Shown here: positions 45,457 through 56,220 of the stretch, one piece after another | How positions within the stretch are numbered: position 1 is the stretch's first letter | How the letters are laid out: the number at the start of each line of letters is the position of its first letter | Source: an uncultured Nitrososphaerales archaeon | GTDB lineage: Archaea > Thermoproteota > Nitrososphaeria > Nitrososphaerales > Nitrososphaeraceae | NCBI GenBank assembly: GCA_963709405.1 | Contig: CAVPXM010000069.1 | Location: 1 to 64,000, forward strand | Reading direction: 5' to 3' | DNA length: 64,000 nt | Notes under the pieces: model-generated | Seen by the model: the letters and a program-made list of their open reading frames with translations, nothing else | The model's database searches: none | What the model was told of the DNA's origin: nothing | Translations under genes and position numbers: made by a program

Positions 45457-45696
45457 AGAAGGAACTTTTAGCTAAGCAAAGAACATAATCCAAAGAGTAC
45501 CGTAAAATGGCCTTGTCCGTCTTTGATACCTTTTATACTATCCTTATAATGCAAATGCTACACTATGATGCAAAACTTGATAAGCCATACTATGAAATAA
45601 ATCTTGACTTCAAGAATAAATTCTGTGACTGGAATACCACTGTGCTTCACACTATCTGGGCTTGTGATTTTAACTAAGACCTGCGGTTGTATGAAT

Positions 45697-46461
45697 TCAG
45701 CTCTCAGTCTTCGCAGTCAGATTTTCTGTTCCTGCTAGATGTAATAACACAAAACCAAGGCTACTCATATCTACGTCTCTAGAGTCACAACTGCACAACA
45801 ATACAACACCTATATGCTTGGTAGGAGTAAAGCCTACAAAGGCATCCCAACTATTGATTGATCCAGTATGAGCTAGGGTCTCGGCTCCAAAATTAGTAAG
45901 CACTCGCCATCCTAATGCTACGTATTCTGCATAATTCATTGGATTAGTGTTTATACCTGGATGTCTTATTAAATGCTGGAGTTGGATAGCAGCATCTAGT
46001 TTGGTATGAAGGAAGCCCAAATTAGCAGATACATATTTTAGCAAATCACTAGCAGTTGATCGAAACGCTCCGGCTCCTTCTATTACTGCTGCTATTATTG
46101 GTGTATCGATCTCTTTGCCATTATGATGACCGACAGGAAACCTATTCTTAATATCATCTTGTGAGAGAGTAATTTTAGTATCATTCATTCCCAGCACATT
46201 TAGAATTCTATCTTTAATTAGCTGCTCGTATGGAACACCTGCTTTCAAAGATAATATATGTCCGAGTAACCCCAAGCCAAGGTCTGAATACTGAAATTTT
46301 GACCCTGGCTCCCTTGTTAGGGTAAAATTAGATAAGGCCGTGTACAACTGATTTGTTGTATAATTCGAGTTAATCACTCCAACTTTATTGCTTACCCAAA
46401 TATTAGAAGGCAAAAAAGGAAGTCCTGAAGTATGTGTTGCCAAGTCTTCAAGTGTTATACT
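45697..46461 (-). pseudogene. Serine hydrolase (class C beta-lactamase-like), 5'-truncated
   Basis: ITLEDLATHTSGLP, PGSKFQYSD, LGMNDT, GAGAFRST, HTG; the catalytic SxxK region is absent. Confidence 0.85.
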
Positions 46462-46529
46462 CGTATGAATGAGCTACCATTTGCTAACCACAACATGCTT
46501 AAATCAGACCTATGTATCCTTAGAAACAT

Positions 46530-47798
46530 ATGAATATCTTTCCTCCTCTTGAACAAAGGTTAAACCCATTTAAGTTCTATGCAATGATGAGAGGATCCAA
46601 TCCTATCGCTTATGATGATAAGAATAAGCTATGGGGGATATTTCGCTATTATGATGTGCAATCGATATTGGGTGATTATACTCATTTTTCTTCAAACCCA
46701 CCGAGTCCTCAAAGTGGTAAACAATTGTTGGATGATGGTAGACAACTACCCTTCTCTCGGCCAAGTCTTCTTAAATCTGATCCTCCATATCATAGAGTAC
46801 TACGGGGAGTAATCGCATCGGCCTTTACACCTATGGCAATAGCTCGGCTGGAAACTCGAATCGAGAATGTAGCGAATCATTTGGTAGATCGAGTAATTAA
46901 AGAAGGACACATGGATCTTGTATCTGACCTCGCATATCCACTACCGGTAACAGTTATCGCCGAACTACTAGGAGTCCCAGTTGAAGACCGTAATATCTTT
47001 CAGGGCTGGGCAGACAAGTTGGTTTCCTCAGCTGGAGGCGAGCTAAACGATCAGCCAAACTCGACTAAAAACCTAATTACAATACAATCTGAAATGGATG
47101 AATATTTTGGCCCGATAATAGATACCAGGTCTAAGGATCCACGACAGGATCTTATAAGCAGCTTAATAAGGGCAGAGGCTGACGGTAACCACTTAACTAA
47201 AGAAGAAATACTTGCTTTTTGTACCCTGTTACTGCTCGCCGGACATGTGACCACAGTCAATCTTATAGGAAATGCTGTTCTTTCACTTCTTCAATATCAG
47301 GAACAGTTCAAACTTCTGAAAGATGATATTTCAAATTCTCTAATTCCTTCTGTGATAGAAGAGACACTACGTTACCGCTCTCCAGTGCAGGCAGTCTTTC
47401 GAATTACAAATCGAGGCGCAAAAGTCGCGGATCAATCTATCGGGTCTGGACAAGGTGTAGTAATATGGCTCGGATCAGCAAATCATGACGAAAAAGCATT
47501 TCCTGATGCTGACAAGTTTGATATATCTAGAAATCCACAAGGTCACTCTCATGTAGGATTTGGTCATGGAATTCATTTTTGTCTGGGCGCACCTTTAGCA
47601 AGGCTTGAGGGAAAAGTAGCAATTAAAGTAATTCTAGAGCGTCTAAAGGATCTCCAATTCGAGTACGAACGAGGTACTGACCTAGTTGAGGGTTTACCAC
47701 AAAACGTAAAACCATTGCATAGTTTGTTCTTTCACGGCGTATCAGCTCTGCCCCTAAAGTTCAGACCGGGTATTCCCATAGGCTCGAAAAGCGATTAG
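46530..47798 (+). CDS. Cytochrome P450 (soluble, bacterial CYP109/CYP107-like)
   Basis: DPPYH, LLLAGHVTT, EETLRYRSP, FGHGIHFCLGAPLARLE. Confidence 0.95.
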   Translation: MNIFPPLEQRLNPFKFYAMMRGSNPIAYDDKNKLWGIFRYYDVQSILGDYTHFSSNPPSPQSGKQLLDDGRQLPFSRPSLLKSDPPYHRVLRGVIASAFTPMAIARLETRIENVANHLVDRVIKEGHMDLVSDLAYPLPVTVIAELLGVPVEDRNIFQGWADKLVSSAGGELNDQPNSTKNLITIQSEMDEYFGPIIDTRSKDPRQDLISSLIRAEADGNHLTKEEILAFCTLLLLAGHVTTVNLIGNAVLSLLQYQEQFKLLKDDISNSLIPSVIEETLRYRSPVQAVFRITNRGAKVADQSIGSGQGVVIWLGSANHDEKAFPDADKFDISRNPQGHSHVGFGHGIHFCLGAPLARLEGKVAIKVILERLKDLQFEYERGTDLVEGLPQNVKPLHSLFFHGVSALPLKFRPGIPIGSKSD

Positions 47799-48267
47799 AA
47801 AGACAAAGACTTGATACATCTTAAATGCTGGTTATTGAATCTTAAATATTGTTTTTAATAAATTACATATATGGATGGCAATCCGAAATACGATTGAGGC
47901 AAGGATGCGACCAACTTTATGATCGTGACACCGCATTCTTTCGACAAGCAGCCTTTTCATGACTATGATGACTGGATTAGGATGTTGTGTTTTATTTTAG
48001 CATTCTAAGATAGGCATACTAAGTTGAGTATTGGATACGAAATTATGGTCTCCTAATCTTCATTAAACAGAATTAGTTATACTGGACTTATGGCGATATA
48101 CGTAGACCAAATATTTACCCAAGATATTAATTAATTAAGTCTTGAGCATCCCACTCCATGAAAATTTAGTAAATCGTAGTAGCTGTGTCTATAAGTTGAC
48201 GTGGAGTATCTAGATACATGATTTTTGAATAGTAATATTAAAATCAAAGACCCTGATCTATTGATCT

Positions 48268-48423
48268 ATGGCAGGAGCATGTCTGGCTAGCCTTGCTATT
48301 TTGGCAGGTGGACTCTCACTTGTATACGGAGTAGGATGGTATAGAGATAGAAAACAGAATGGAAAAACTAGTAGAGATGTAAAGGTAAAAGAAAAAAGAC
48401 CTGAACAATCGATTATTAATTAG
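48268..48423 (+). CDS. Small single-TM protein (51 aa)
   Basis: MAGACLASLAILAGGLSLVYGVGWYRDRKQ...; hydrophobic then basic; below the ORF-track cutoff. Confidence 0.45.
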   Translation: MAGACLASLAILAGGLSLVYGVGWYRDRKQNGKTSRDVKVKEKRPEQSIIN

Positions 48424-48673
48424 CATCTCATAACTATACAAGATAACTTTTTTGCTTGTTATGATCTAGAATGAAGAGAGCAGGACGCTTTGCTTGCCGA
48501 GTTAGGCAGATTATAGTATCAAATCCTACAAGAAATTCGGTATTAAGCTCAAATATAAAATTTACAAAAATTTGATCAAGGGATCAAATTATTTCTATTG
48601 CATATTGTATATCAACGATAAAGGATTTATTGATGACGGTGTTTATGAATATCAGCAGAGGAGGAGGAGAATA

Positions 48674-49342
48674 ATGTCTAGTTCCAATTATGATTTAAAT
48701 GATAGCCCCAATCATTTCATGGTGCTTGATGCCATAACTAAAGGCGTTGACAGCATAGACAAGATTGGGAAAGCTACTAAATTGCCTAAAGACGAGGTTG
48801 AATTGATTGTTAATGATTTATTGACCCAAAGATTGATAGTCAAGGTTGAAAAGAAGGGGTTCATATTTCTCAAGAAAAAGGTAAACTTGGGTGTTACTGA
48901 AGTGGGAATCAAACTTCTAAATGCAAAAAAACAAGAGTTGGAAGAAAAAAGACAGCAGATGCAGCAGTCGTTTGAAAACGGTAACGGTACCCAGCTGCAA
49001 GGCTATATGGATGCCAATAGATCATGGATACCTTTGATGTTATTTTCTGGAATAATGGATATTATGTTTTTCACATCAATGATGTCTTTTATGGGATTGG
49101 GAATGAATCCTGTAGAGAGTTCACTGGTATCAAATGATGGCTCAGTCCAGGATACGGGGGGCAATACAGGAGAGGCACATCATGTCAATGACCAGAGTGG
49201 GACAGCAGGTAATGACGACACGAGTAGTATTGACAGCAATGTTGATGGCAGTGCTGCTACTGATTCTGATGGATTCGCTTCGAGTGGAATTGATTCGGGT
49301 GGATTTGACGGTTTTGATGGAGGAGGATTTGATAGTTTCTAG
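48674..49342 (+). CDS. Winged-HTH-like protein with hydrophobic segment and acidic Gly/Asp tail
   Basis: GAGGAGGAG just upstream of ATG 48674; MVLDAI...DKIGKAT...L..GVTEVG; WIPLMLFSG; tail GGFDGFDGGGFDSF. Confidence 0.75.
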   Translation: MSSSNYDLNDSPNHFMVLDAITKGVDSIDKIGKATKLPKDEVELIVNDLLTQRLIVKVEKKGFIFLKKKVNLGVTEVGIKLLNAKKQELEEKRQQMQQSFENGNGTQLQGYMDANRSWIPLMLFSGIMDIMFFTSMMSFMGLGMNPVESSLVSNDGSVQDTGGNTGEAHHVNDQSGTAGNDDTSSIDSNVDGSAATDSDGFASSGIDSGGFDGFDGGGFDSF

Positions 49343-49685
49343 AGAATTAATACTCAAGAATATATTTTATCTATCACGATATCTGCAAACTAAGGCAGAG
49401 TTTTAGCAAACAAATTTCTCGTTGTATGTTGGAATAGGAAGAAGCCTCCAGCTTGTACTAATGACACCGTTCAAAAGAACAATCGATTATTCAAAATATA
49501 TGTTAATTAATCTTTTTTCAAGCAGAATAAAATCAGCATAGCATAGATAGGTAGTAATGGATGGCATGATTATTAAAGGAGAAGATCCTGCATTGAATTA
49601 TATTTCGAAAATAAATTATGACTTATCTACAAAGTATATTTTATTACGATACAAAGGTGTTTTCAGGTGCCGATTCATATGATGG

Positions 49686-50495
49686 TCATCGTAAAGAGAA
49701 TAAAGAGCAAGCATTTTCAGCCATCAACAAATTGTAAGACTGTTTGTCTAGATCCAACTTTTCGACAAATTTCAAATATGCACCCATATCACAAAGTGGC
49801 CAATCGCTTCCGTACAACAACCTATGGGGATCCCCTACATACCTTAATAATTCCTTGATCTTACGCGCATAATATTCCTCATCATATGGTGAAATATCGC
49901 CAACAAACAATCCTGAAATATCAGCATACACATTTTTGTTCTTGTATAGTACCTCTTGGCAATCCACAGTCCATGGATTTCCCAAATGGCACATTATAAC
50001 TTTTAGTTCAGGATTGTCAACGGCTACTTCATCTATGTTCAAAGGATGAGAGAATCTTATTTTTGCGTTACTTGCAAAGGTATCTCCAGTATGAATCATT
50101 ACTGGTTTTTTATATTCTACACACAGGTCATAAACGCTTTGATATCGTTTATCATATGGATAGTAATGTTCGTATCCACAGTAAAGCTTTATGCCTTTGA
50201 TCAAATCATCTTTAAACCATTTTCTATAATCGCTCAGGCCATCGGTGCGATTATCAATTGTGAACGAGGCAACAACTCCAATTTCATTACTACGTCTGTT
50301 AGTATGCTTGATGATTTGTGATGTAGAAGGCCTATTTTGATTGACCCTGTAAGAGGATAGTATTAAAGAATAATCTATATTATGCGTAGCCATAGACCGG
50401 ACCAGTGCATTTATTTTTTCATCTAAAGTGTTCTTGCCGTCATTTCCATAATTGGGGTAATGGTTTACATGAACATGGCAATCAACTCTTTGCAT
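49686..50495 (-). CDS. Amidohydrolase family (Amidohydro_2) metal-dependent hydrolase
   Basis: DCHVH, GIKLY.GY, PVMIHTG, MCHLGNP, NVYADISG, LYGSDWP. Confidence 0.92.
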   Translation of the reverse strand: MQRVDCHVHVNHYPNYGNDGKNTLDEKINALVRSMATHNIDYSLILSSYRVNQNRPSTSQIIKHTNRRSNEIGVVASFTIDNRTDGLSDYRKWFKDDLIKGIKLYCGYEHYYPYDKRYQSVYDLCVEYKKPVMIHTGDTFASNAKIRFSHPLNIDEVAVDNPELKVIMCHLGNPWTVDCQEVLYKNKNVYADISGLFVGDISPYDEEYYARKIKELLRYVGDPHRLLYGSDWPLCDMGAYLKFVEKLDLDKQSYNLLMAENACSLFSLR

Positions 50496-50498
50496 ATG

Positions 50499-51194
50499 CT
50501 ATACTGACCGTTTTTTAAGACTTTTATCAATAGTTTGATATCTGGGGTTTAGCCACTCAATCAAGCTGGCATTGTTTAATGACCGTTTATCAAAAAGGTA
50601 ATTTGGTAAAATTTTAATATACTTGAAGCCATTTTTGAGCTGAAAAGATAGAACTGGATCGTGTAGTTCTCCTTTTACGACTCGATCTGCGTATTCATAG
50701 GCAGACATCATATTCGAATATTTACAATAATCATATAATCTACCGCCAGCTAATATTCTTCTCAAATTTAACTTTATGGCTAAATCCTTTCTTGAGTCAT
50801 ATAGCATAGTTCCAATACCCAGATTACGAAATTTTGGATGTGTCGAAAGATCTGCTCCATACAAAGTATCGCCTTCACCGTTATGATTTGAAAATAACCC
50901 ATTTCCAGTTATACCAAACCAATCATGTTCTTCATAGTCAGTTCTTAGTGATACCAATAAACTACTAGATGATCCGACTATCCTACCATCGATTTCTGCG
51001 CAGAATTGTCCATCTGGAAATATCTTGATATGGTTTCTTAGATAGGCGCTTGGAAATACCATCCCATATTTGGCCATATCTGCGAAAGATACTTGTTGCA
51101 ATTTAACTATTTGAGGGATATCCTCTTCTGTGATATTTCTTATTACAATACTATGGATACTAGTCTTATCATCCTTGTAATGATCTCGTTTCAT
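50499..51194 (-). CDS. GNAT N-acetyltransferase (YkwB-like)
   Basis: HIKIFPDGQFCAE, H..EGDTLYG, HPKFRNLGIG..LY..RK, GGRL, DPVLSFQLKNGF, LIEWLNP. Confidence 0.9.
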   Translation of the reverse strand: MKRDHYKDDKTSIHSIVIRNITEEDIPQIVKLQQVSFADMAKYGMVFPSAYLRNHIKIFPDGQFCAEIDGRIVGSSSSLLVSLRTDYEEHDWFGITGNGLFSNHNGEGDTLYGADLSTHPKFRNLGIGTMLYDSRKDLAIKLNLRRILAGGRLYDYCKYSNMMSAYEYADRVVKGELHDPVLSFQLKNGFKYIKILPNYLFDKRSLNNASLIEWLNPRYQTIDKSLKKRSV

Positions 51195-51586
51195 ATGGGA
51201 ACAGAATCTTTTACTGAGTCAATCAAATAAATCTATGGCAATTGAAATCTCCGAAGCATTTTGAGACGATAACATGTACCGATCATTTCTTGAGATTGCC
51301 AGATTTGTAATGCTTTCTCGTAAGTGCGCGAATTAGAAGGGTCAAGTTAGAGAATTACACTGGGGTTCAATAAAAATAAAAATAATAGTACGAAATCAAA
51401 GTTGATAACGACTATTCTACCATAATGAGTTAGAGAGATATATTTTGATGAATGCTGCGACTCTACATGTGGTGGCAAAAGAGTATAGGAGAAAATGTCC
51501 AAGCACTTGAAAAAAAATCAAATCCCAGGGAGTTGTTCTGTTATAGCATCATCTACAACTATACCTCAACATTCGATAGTTATCTA

Positions 51587-51970
51587 CTACCTACCTGCAC
51601 CTGGCAAGCCGAGAACCTTTGTTGGTGATCGGTAACTGGCGTTAACATGAATTCCTTCCTTAGCAGTTACATTTACAGTATTCACAATCGTGTCAGGTTT
51701 TGGATAGAAATAGAATGATTGTCCGGCTTCTAATAAGGACAAATGTTGAATATCACTCGTTCCTTGAATAACAGTTATTCCTGTAATTGGTTTTAATCCG
51801 ATATTTGTCAACCTTATTCTATATTGCGTTCCAGCGATATCTGTGGTGTCTTTTGTCGGATCTACCTCCAATCCGAATTGAGGTCTATTTATTTGCATAG
51901 AATAAAAATAAACTGCTAAGAATCCTGCAACGACAGCTACAATTAGATAATAGATATATCGTTTACTCAT
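51587..51970 (-). CDS. Membrane-anchored hypothetical protein
   Basis: Start reassigned to ATG 51970 (TATA-like TTTTATAT about 22 nt upstream; the longer ORF runs into IS5 DNA); N-terminal TM. Confidence 0.75.
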   Translation of the reverse strand: MSKRYIYYLIVAVVAGFLAVYFYSMQINRPQFGLEVDPTKDTTDIAGTQYRIRLTNIGLKPITGITVIQGTSDIQHLSLLEAGQSFYFYPKPDTIVNTVNVTAKEGIHVNASYRSPTKVLGLPGAGR

Positions 51971-52017
51971 TGTGTAAGCTTGACGATTACTATATAAAAT
52001 ATCTTTTGAAGACGTTA

Positions 52018-52733
52018 CATCTACCATACAGACAGGCAGAGGGTGTAGTTATAGTTCATGCGAGTACTAAGGTACCATGCATACCAGATTATAGTACTAT
52101 TAGTAGACGTGTAAACAAACAGACTAGATATCAAAATCAATGAAAGATTAGGAAATAATATTGTCATTGCTTTGCTTTAGACAGCACTGGCATTAAAGTA
52201 GCTAATCGTGGAGAATGGATACGGCATAAATGGCATGTTAGAAAAGGATATCTAAAGATACATGTAGCAGTTGACATCAAGAGGAAAAGAATCCTGTCCT
52301 TGGAGGTAACAAGTGAAGAGGTACATGATGGTCAGATCTGAAAATAATAATCTGAAGGGTATATTGGCTGATGGTATGTATGATAGTAATAACAACTTTA
52401 GATACCTATCAAAGAACCACATTAAACCTGGCATAAAGACAAGAAGTAATTCCAAAGTCAAATCAACTAACTGTCACGCTAGGAATATGTCTGTAGTAAA
52501 ACAACACGCAAACTTCAAAAGATGGAAGCGTAGCGTGAGCTATGGATACAGGTGGTTGGCAGAAACGGCATTCTCTTCTATTAAAAGGATGTTTGGTGAA
52601 CATGTAACAGCTAGAAAATTTCCTAACATGGTAAGGGAGATCTTCCTAAAGGCAACTCTGTATAACATGTTCAATCGAATGACATAACCATCGGCATAAA
52701 TGAATTAAATCCTAATGGATCATGCAACAGAGC
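52018..52733 (+). mobile_element. IS5-family remnant, 5'-truncated and frameshifted
   Basis: HLPYRQAEG, PDYSTISRR, DSTGIKV.NRGEW, YLKIHVAVD, LADGMYDS, RWLAETAFSSIKRMFG; right end CATGCAACAGAGC at 52721-52733. Confidence 0.85.
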
Positions 52734-53118
52734 AGCACAGCAGTAAATCGATTCAAGTTGTCTCCCGTAGGAGCAGCGGCGAGAGCAGTGCCTACATAAG
52801 TCTATCTAAGGATCCACTGATTGAATGGATTGAATGGATCATCCAACCTCCAGGCTTGCTGTCATCTAATCTATCTAGATAAATAACAATACTAATTCGC
52901 TTAAAAATGCCTGGAAATTGGAGTACCGAAAGTTACACATTCGAATAATTGAGAGTCATATTTCATTTGATTTGCATAGCCAATAATGAGAGAGCATCGA
53001 TGCTCGATCTTTACAGGAATGTGTTTTTTTGTTAGACAAGAAATAGAATATTATGCAATTGCAAGAAATTTACATATATCGAAGGTGTTAATATAATCCA
53101 GTACACACTGATTGGCAA

Positions 53119-53448
53119 ATGACTCGTTTTGATCTTCCTAGCAAGAAAGAATTAGATATGATAGATAGTAAAGAAAGAATGAATATCTTTAGACAGTATT
53201 TTGCAGCTAGTCGCTATGATCGCTTACTGATTCAGCAATGCTTACTTAGCTGTGCATATGACGAATCCAGTATATCTAGGGTCAAAGACCTGGAGAGAAT
53301 ACATGATGAGAATTATTACGATAAGGTGAAGCTTATTAGAGAATATGGCTTTATAGATGAATTTATTTTGGCAGTGAAGGAAGAAGAGCAGGCTATTCAG
53401 AAAATAATCGAGGCCTATGATAAGAGAATGAGGATGTCAAGTCTCTAA
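53119..53448 (+). CDS. Hypothetical helical protein
   Basis: 109-aa ORF, TATA-like TTAATATA upstream. Confidence 0.7.
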   Translation: MTRFDLPSKKELDMIDSKERMNIFRQYFAASRYDRLLIQQCLLSCAYDESSISRVKDLERIHDENYYDKVKLIREYGFIDEFILAVKEEEQAIQKIIEAYDKRMRMSSL

Positions 53449-53975
53449 ATCTTTACTTTAACTATGGTCTGAGTCAAAGGAGAGCCTATTTGGGATTGCC
53501 AGCATAGGCGGCGAAGCCAAGCCAAGTCAAGCTTTGAAACAGATATCCGCCTAATTCTCATTGATGAACTATGAAGTACAAAATAAAACTACAGTAAATT
53601 TAGTACCGATAAATTATGTATTAATGATATCAATTGGGGTATATCCTTATAGCTTTTCTATCATGCTTCAAACTGAGGCCTAGAAAAATGTTCATATTTA
53701 ATTTTTGCGGTCGTGGCAAGACATTCATCGAATGGGAAAAATTTGAATGCTGACTATTCTAAAAATGTCGAACCCGCACTAGTTTACCTGTGCCTCTATC
53801 AAAGTATTCACTATATGCTGTGTTTTATTAATTGTCCGATGCTCAGATAAGCGTGCCATGATTGACTAAGTGGGACAGAACGACGAATACGAGAGCTTTA
53901 TTAGTAACACACATTTAAAGCAACTAGAGCGAATTATTGTTATTCCTCCTTTCCTTACTTTATGCCTTTTGAAAA

Positions 53976-54880
53976 GGTAATACCTAAGAAGTTGGAACAG
54001 CTTTTACCATTATATTAGCCAGTAACCGGAAGATATCTTCGTTTCTCTGGTTAAATCTAAATTCCATTTCTTTAAGGTACAGGTGAAAGTACTGTTTGGG
54101 TACTCCTCGATAATGATACAGCCATGTCTTTGCATAACTCCAGAATCCTTCAATACCATGGATATCACTAGTATCTTCACGTACATATTCTTCCATTCGA
54201 TGAGCAATTATCTGATGTTTTCCGATTAGATCTAATGAAGCATATGCAGTATGGTCATCGGTATAATACAAGGAGCCCTTCTTAGTATGAAGTTTAATTA
54301 ATGGAATTAATGTATCATGTATTCTGTCAGATACAGGAAATGTGATGACCTTCCCATTTCTTTGATATATTCCAAATACTAGGTTTTACCTTCAGATCCA
54401 CCATCTCCATTTTCCTTTCCTATGCCCACCAAATAATGCTTCGTCTATTTCTATTTCTCCTGACAGTTTCTTCAGCTCCTTTAATTTCTGAAGTGATTCA
54501 TTGTAGATTGATTGTCTGAATACTCTGAATGTTCTTTCTATTGTGGCCAAGCTAAGTGGAACATAAAATCGGATTCTGTACGCTGGTACTCCAAGAGCAT
54601 AGAGATAGAGTAGGTGTGCTAGTATATCAAGTGAGAAATAAAACTCTCCAAATTTGTATCTGCAACGTTTGCATCCAAACCTCCTATCTTTAAGATGGTA
54701 CAACAATCGATATCCACATCTTGGACATCGTCTCCTTCCTTTCCATCTAGCATGACGAAAATATATACGGCTTTTTGTCACACTTCCAGCAAGTTCTATA
54801 GGACTAGATTCACGCACGCATCACGAATAGAGTACTAGAAATTATCCCTTATTATCTGTTGCAAGTTCTTGGGTATTACC
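53976..54880 (-). mobile_element. IS1595-family element (905 bp), transposase frameshifted
   Basis: Imperfect 25-bp TIRs GGTAATACCTAAGAAGTTGGAACAG and CTGTTGCAAGTTCTTGGGTATTACC; 8-bp TSD TTTGAAAA (53968-53975, 54881-54888); CPRCG..CKRC zinc ribbon, EIDEALFGG, YTDD, GIEGFWSYAK, YLKEMEFRFN. Confidence 0.93.
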
Positions 54881-55490
54881 TTTGAAAATACAAATTTATC
54901 AACATATTTAAAGAAAGATTGAATTGCCTAAACTGAAGGGATTAATAGATTCCACCCAAAAATCGACAAGAAATTGCACTTGGTAGTATAATCCACCAAT
55001 ATCACGCTTTTACATAATGATCGAGGGATCTTCTCTTCGAATAGGTCACCTGGCTTGACCCGACAACCTTACAGATCCATAGGGGACCTTTAGATGGTCT
55101 TACACAAAGATAGCATTAGTTTAGTTCACTTTCTTTTTTCTTGCTTCTTGTTTTCTGTATTCATTATATAATTCTGCTTCCTCTTCGCTAAAGGCTCAAG
55201 TTAGTGCATTCCTTGAGTCATTTTCAATCTATAGATATTTGCATATAAATAAACCCAAAATGCAGAGATAAATTTCTCAGAATATGTGGAGAACTGTACT
55301 AAGATTCCATTGACAGTAAAGCAAAGAAATGAATGAAAACCCGATACAAAATAGTCGGTATATCTTTATATTGTCAGCTCTATAGGTCGGTTCAAGAAAT
55401 ACTTCGATTTGATGTTGAGATGCCTTTATCACTAGTGTGCTACTGTTTATTAGTATCTGGTACTACTGAATGGAATAAGGGAGAATAATA

Positions 55491-55730
55491 TTGAAAGATT
55501 GGTGCGAATACTGCGGCATAACTCGGCAAGAACTTAGACATAATTACGAGCAAAGTATGCATATTGTGTCTCTACCCTTAAAAATTGAACTTGGCCATTC
55601 TGATTACGATCTGAAACGAAAGCTAATATCAATGTGCACATTTTGCATTAAGGATATGGAAAATGAAATTAAATTGGCTGATAAACGAAAATTATACGAT
55701 GAACACGAATATTTTCATTCATTGCATTAG
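55491..55730 (+). CDS. Small putative zinc-finger protein
   Basis: CEYC...CTFC in 79 aa, AAGGGAG upstream. Confidence 0.55.
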   Translation: MKDWCEYCGITRQELRHNYEQSMHIVSLPLKIELGHSDYDLKRKLISMCTFCIKDMENEIKLADKRKLYDEHEYFHSLH

Positions 55731-55879
55731 ACAATCGCTAAATTTATCCAATCAGCAATCTCACCAGGGTAATACACCCAAGTCACGACATCTGTACAAT
55801 AAAGACATAGTGATGTCTTTTAATGCGATGAATAGATTGGCCGTAGATTAAAATGGTAGAGTAATTGGTCCTCAACCAA

Positions 55880-55912
55880 CATGCCCGAGCAAGGGCATGC
55901 CTTTTGTGTTTT
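55880..55912 (+). terminator. GC hairpin followed by a T-rich tract
   Basis: CATGCCC-gagcaa-GGGCATG then CCTTTTGTGTTTT. Confidence 0.3.
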
Positions 55913-56220
55913 ATCATTTGTATGAATTACCAATTAAATCAATGATGAACCATGTCTGGTGTAAGTTCTGTCTGTTTTTAAAACAGTATATGGATCCGTC
56001 ATAACTGGTAAAATTATAAAGGTCATTCTGACCAATAAATATTGCAACTGGGCTCCTCTCTGCTGATATTCGATATTCGATTCTGGAAGTACATTCACTA
56101 CTAAAAATTAGTGTACGATTCTAAGTCTATCCTCATTTGATAATGCGGTACGATGATAGTAGAAAGCTATTGGTTTGCAACCAGTAGACCTACCAACAAA
56201 TATAATGACTCTGGACACTA

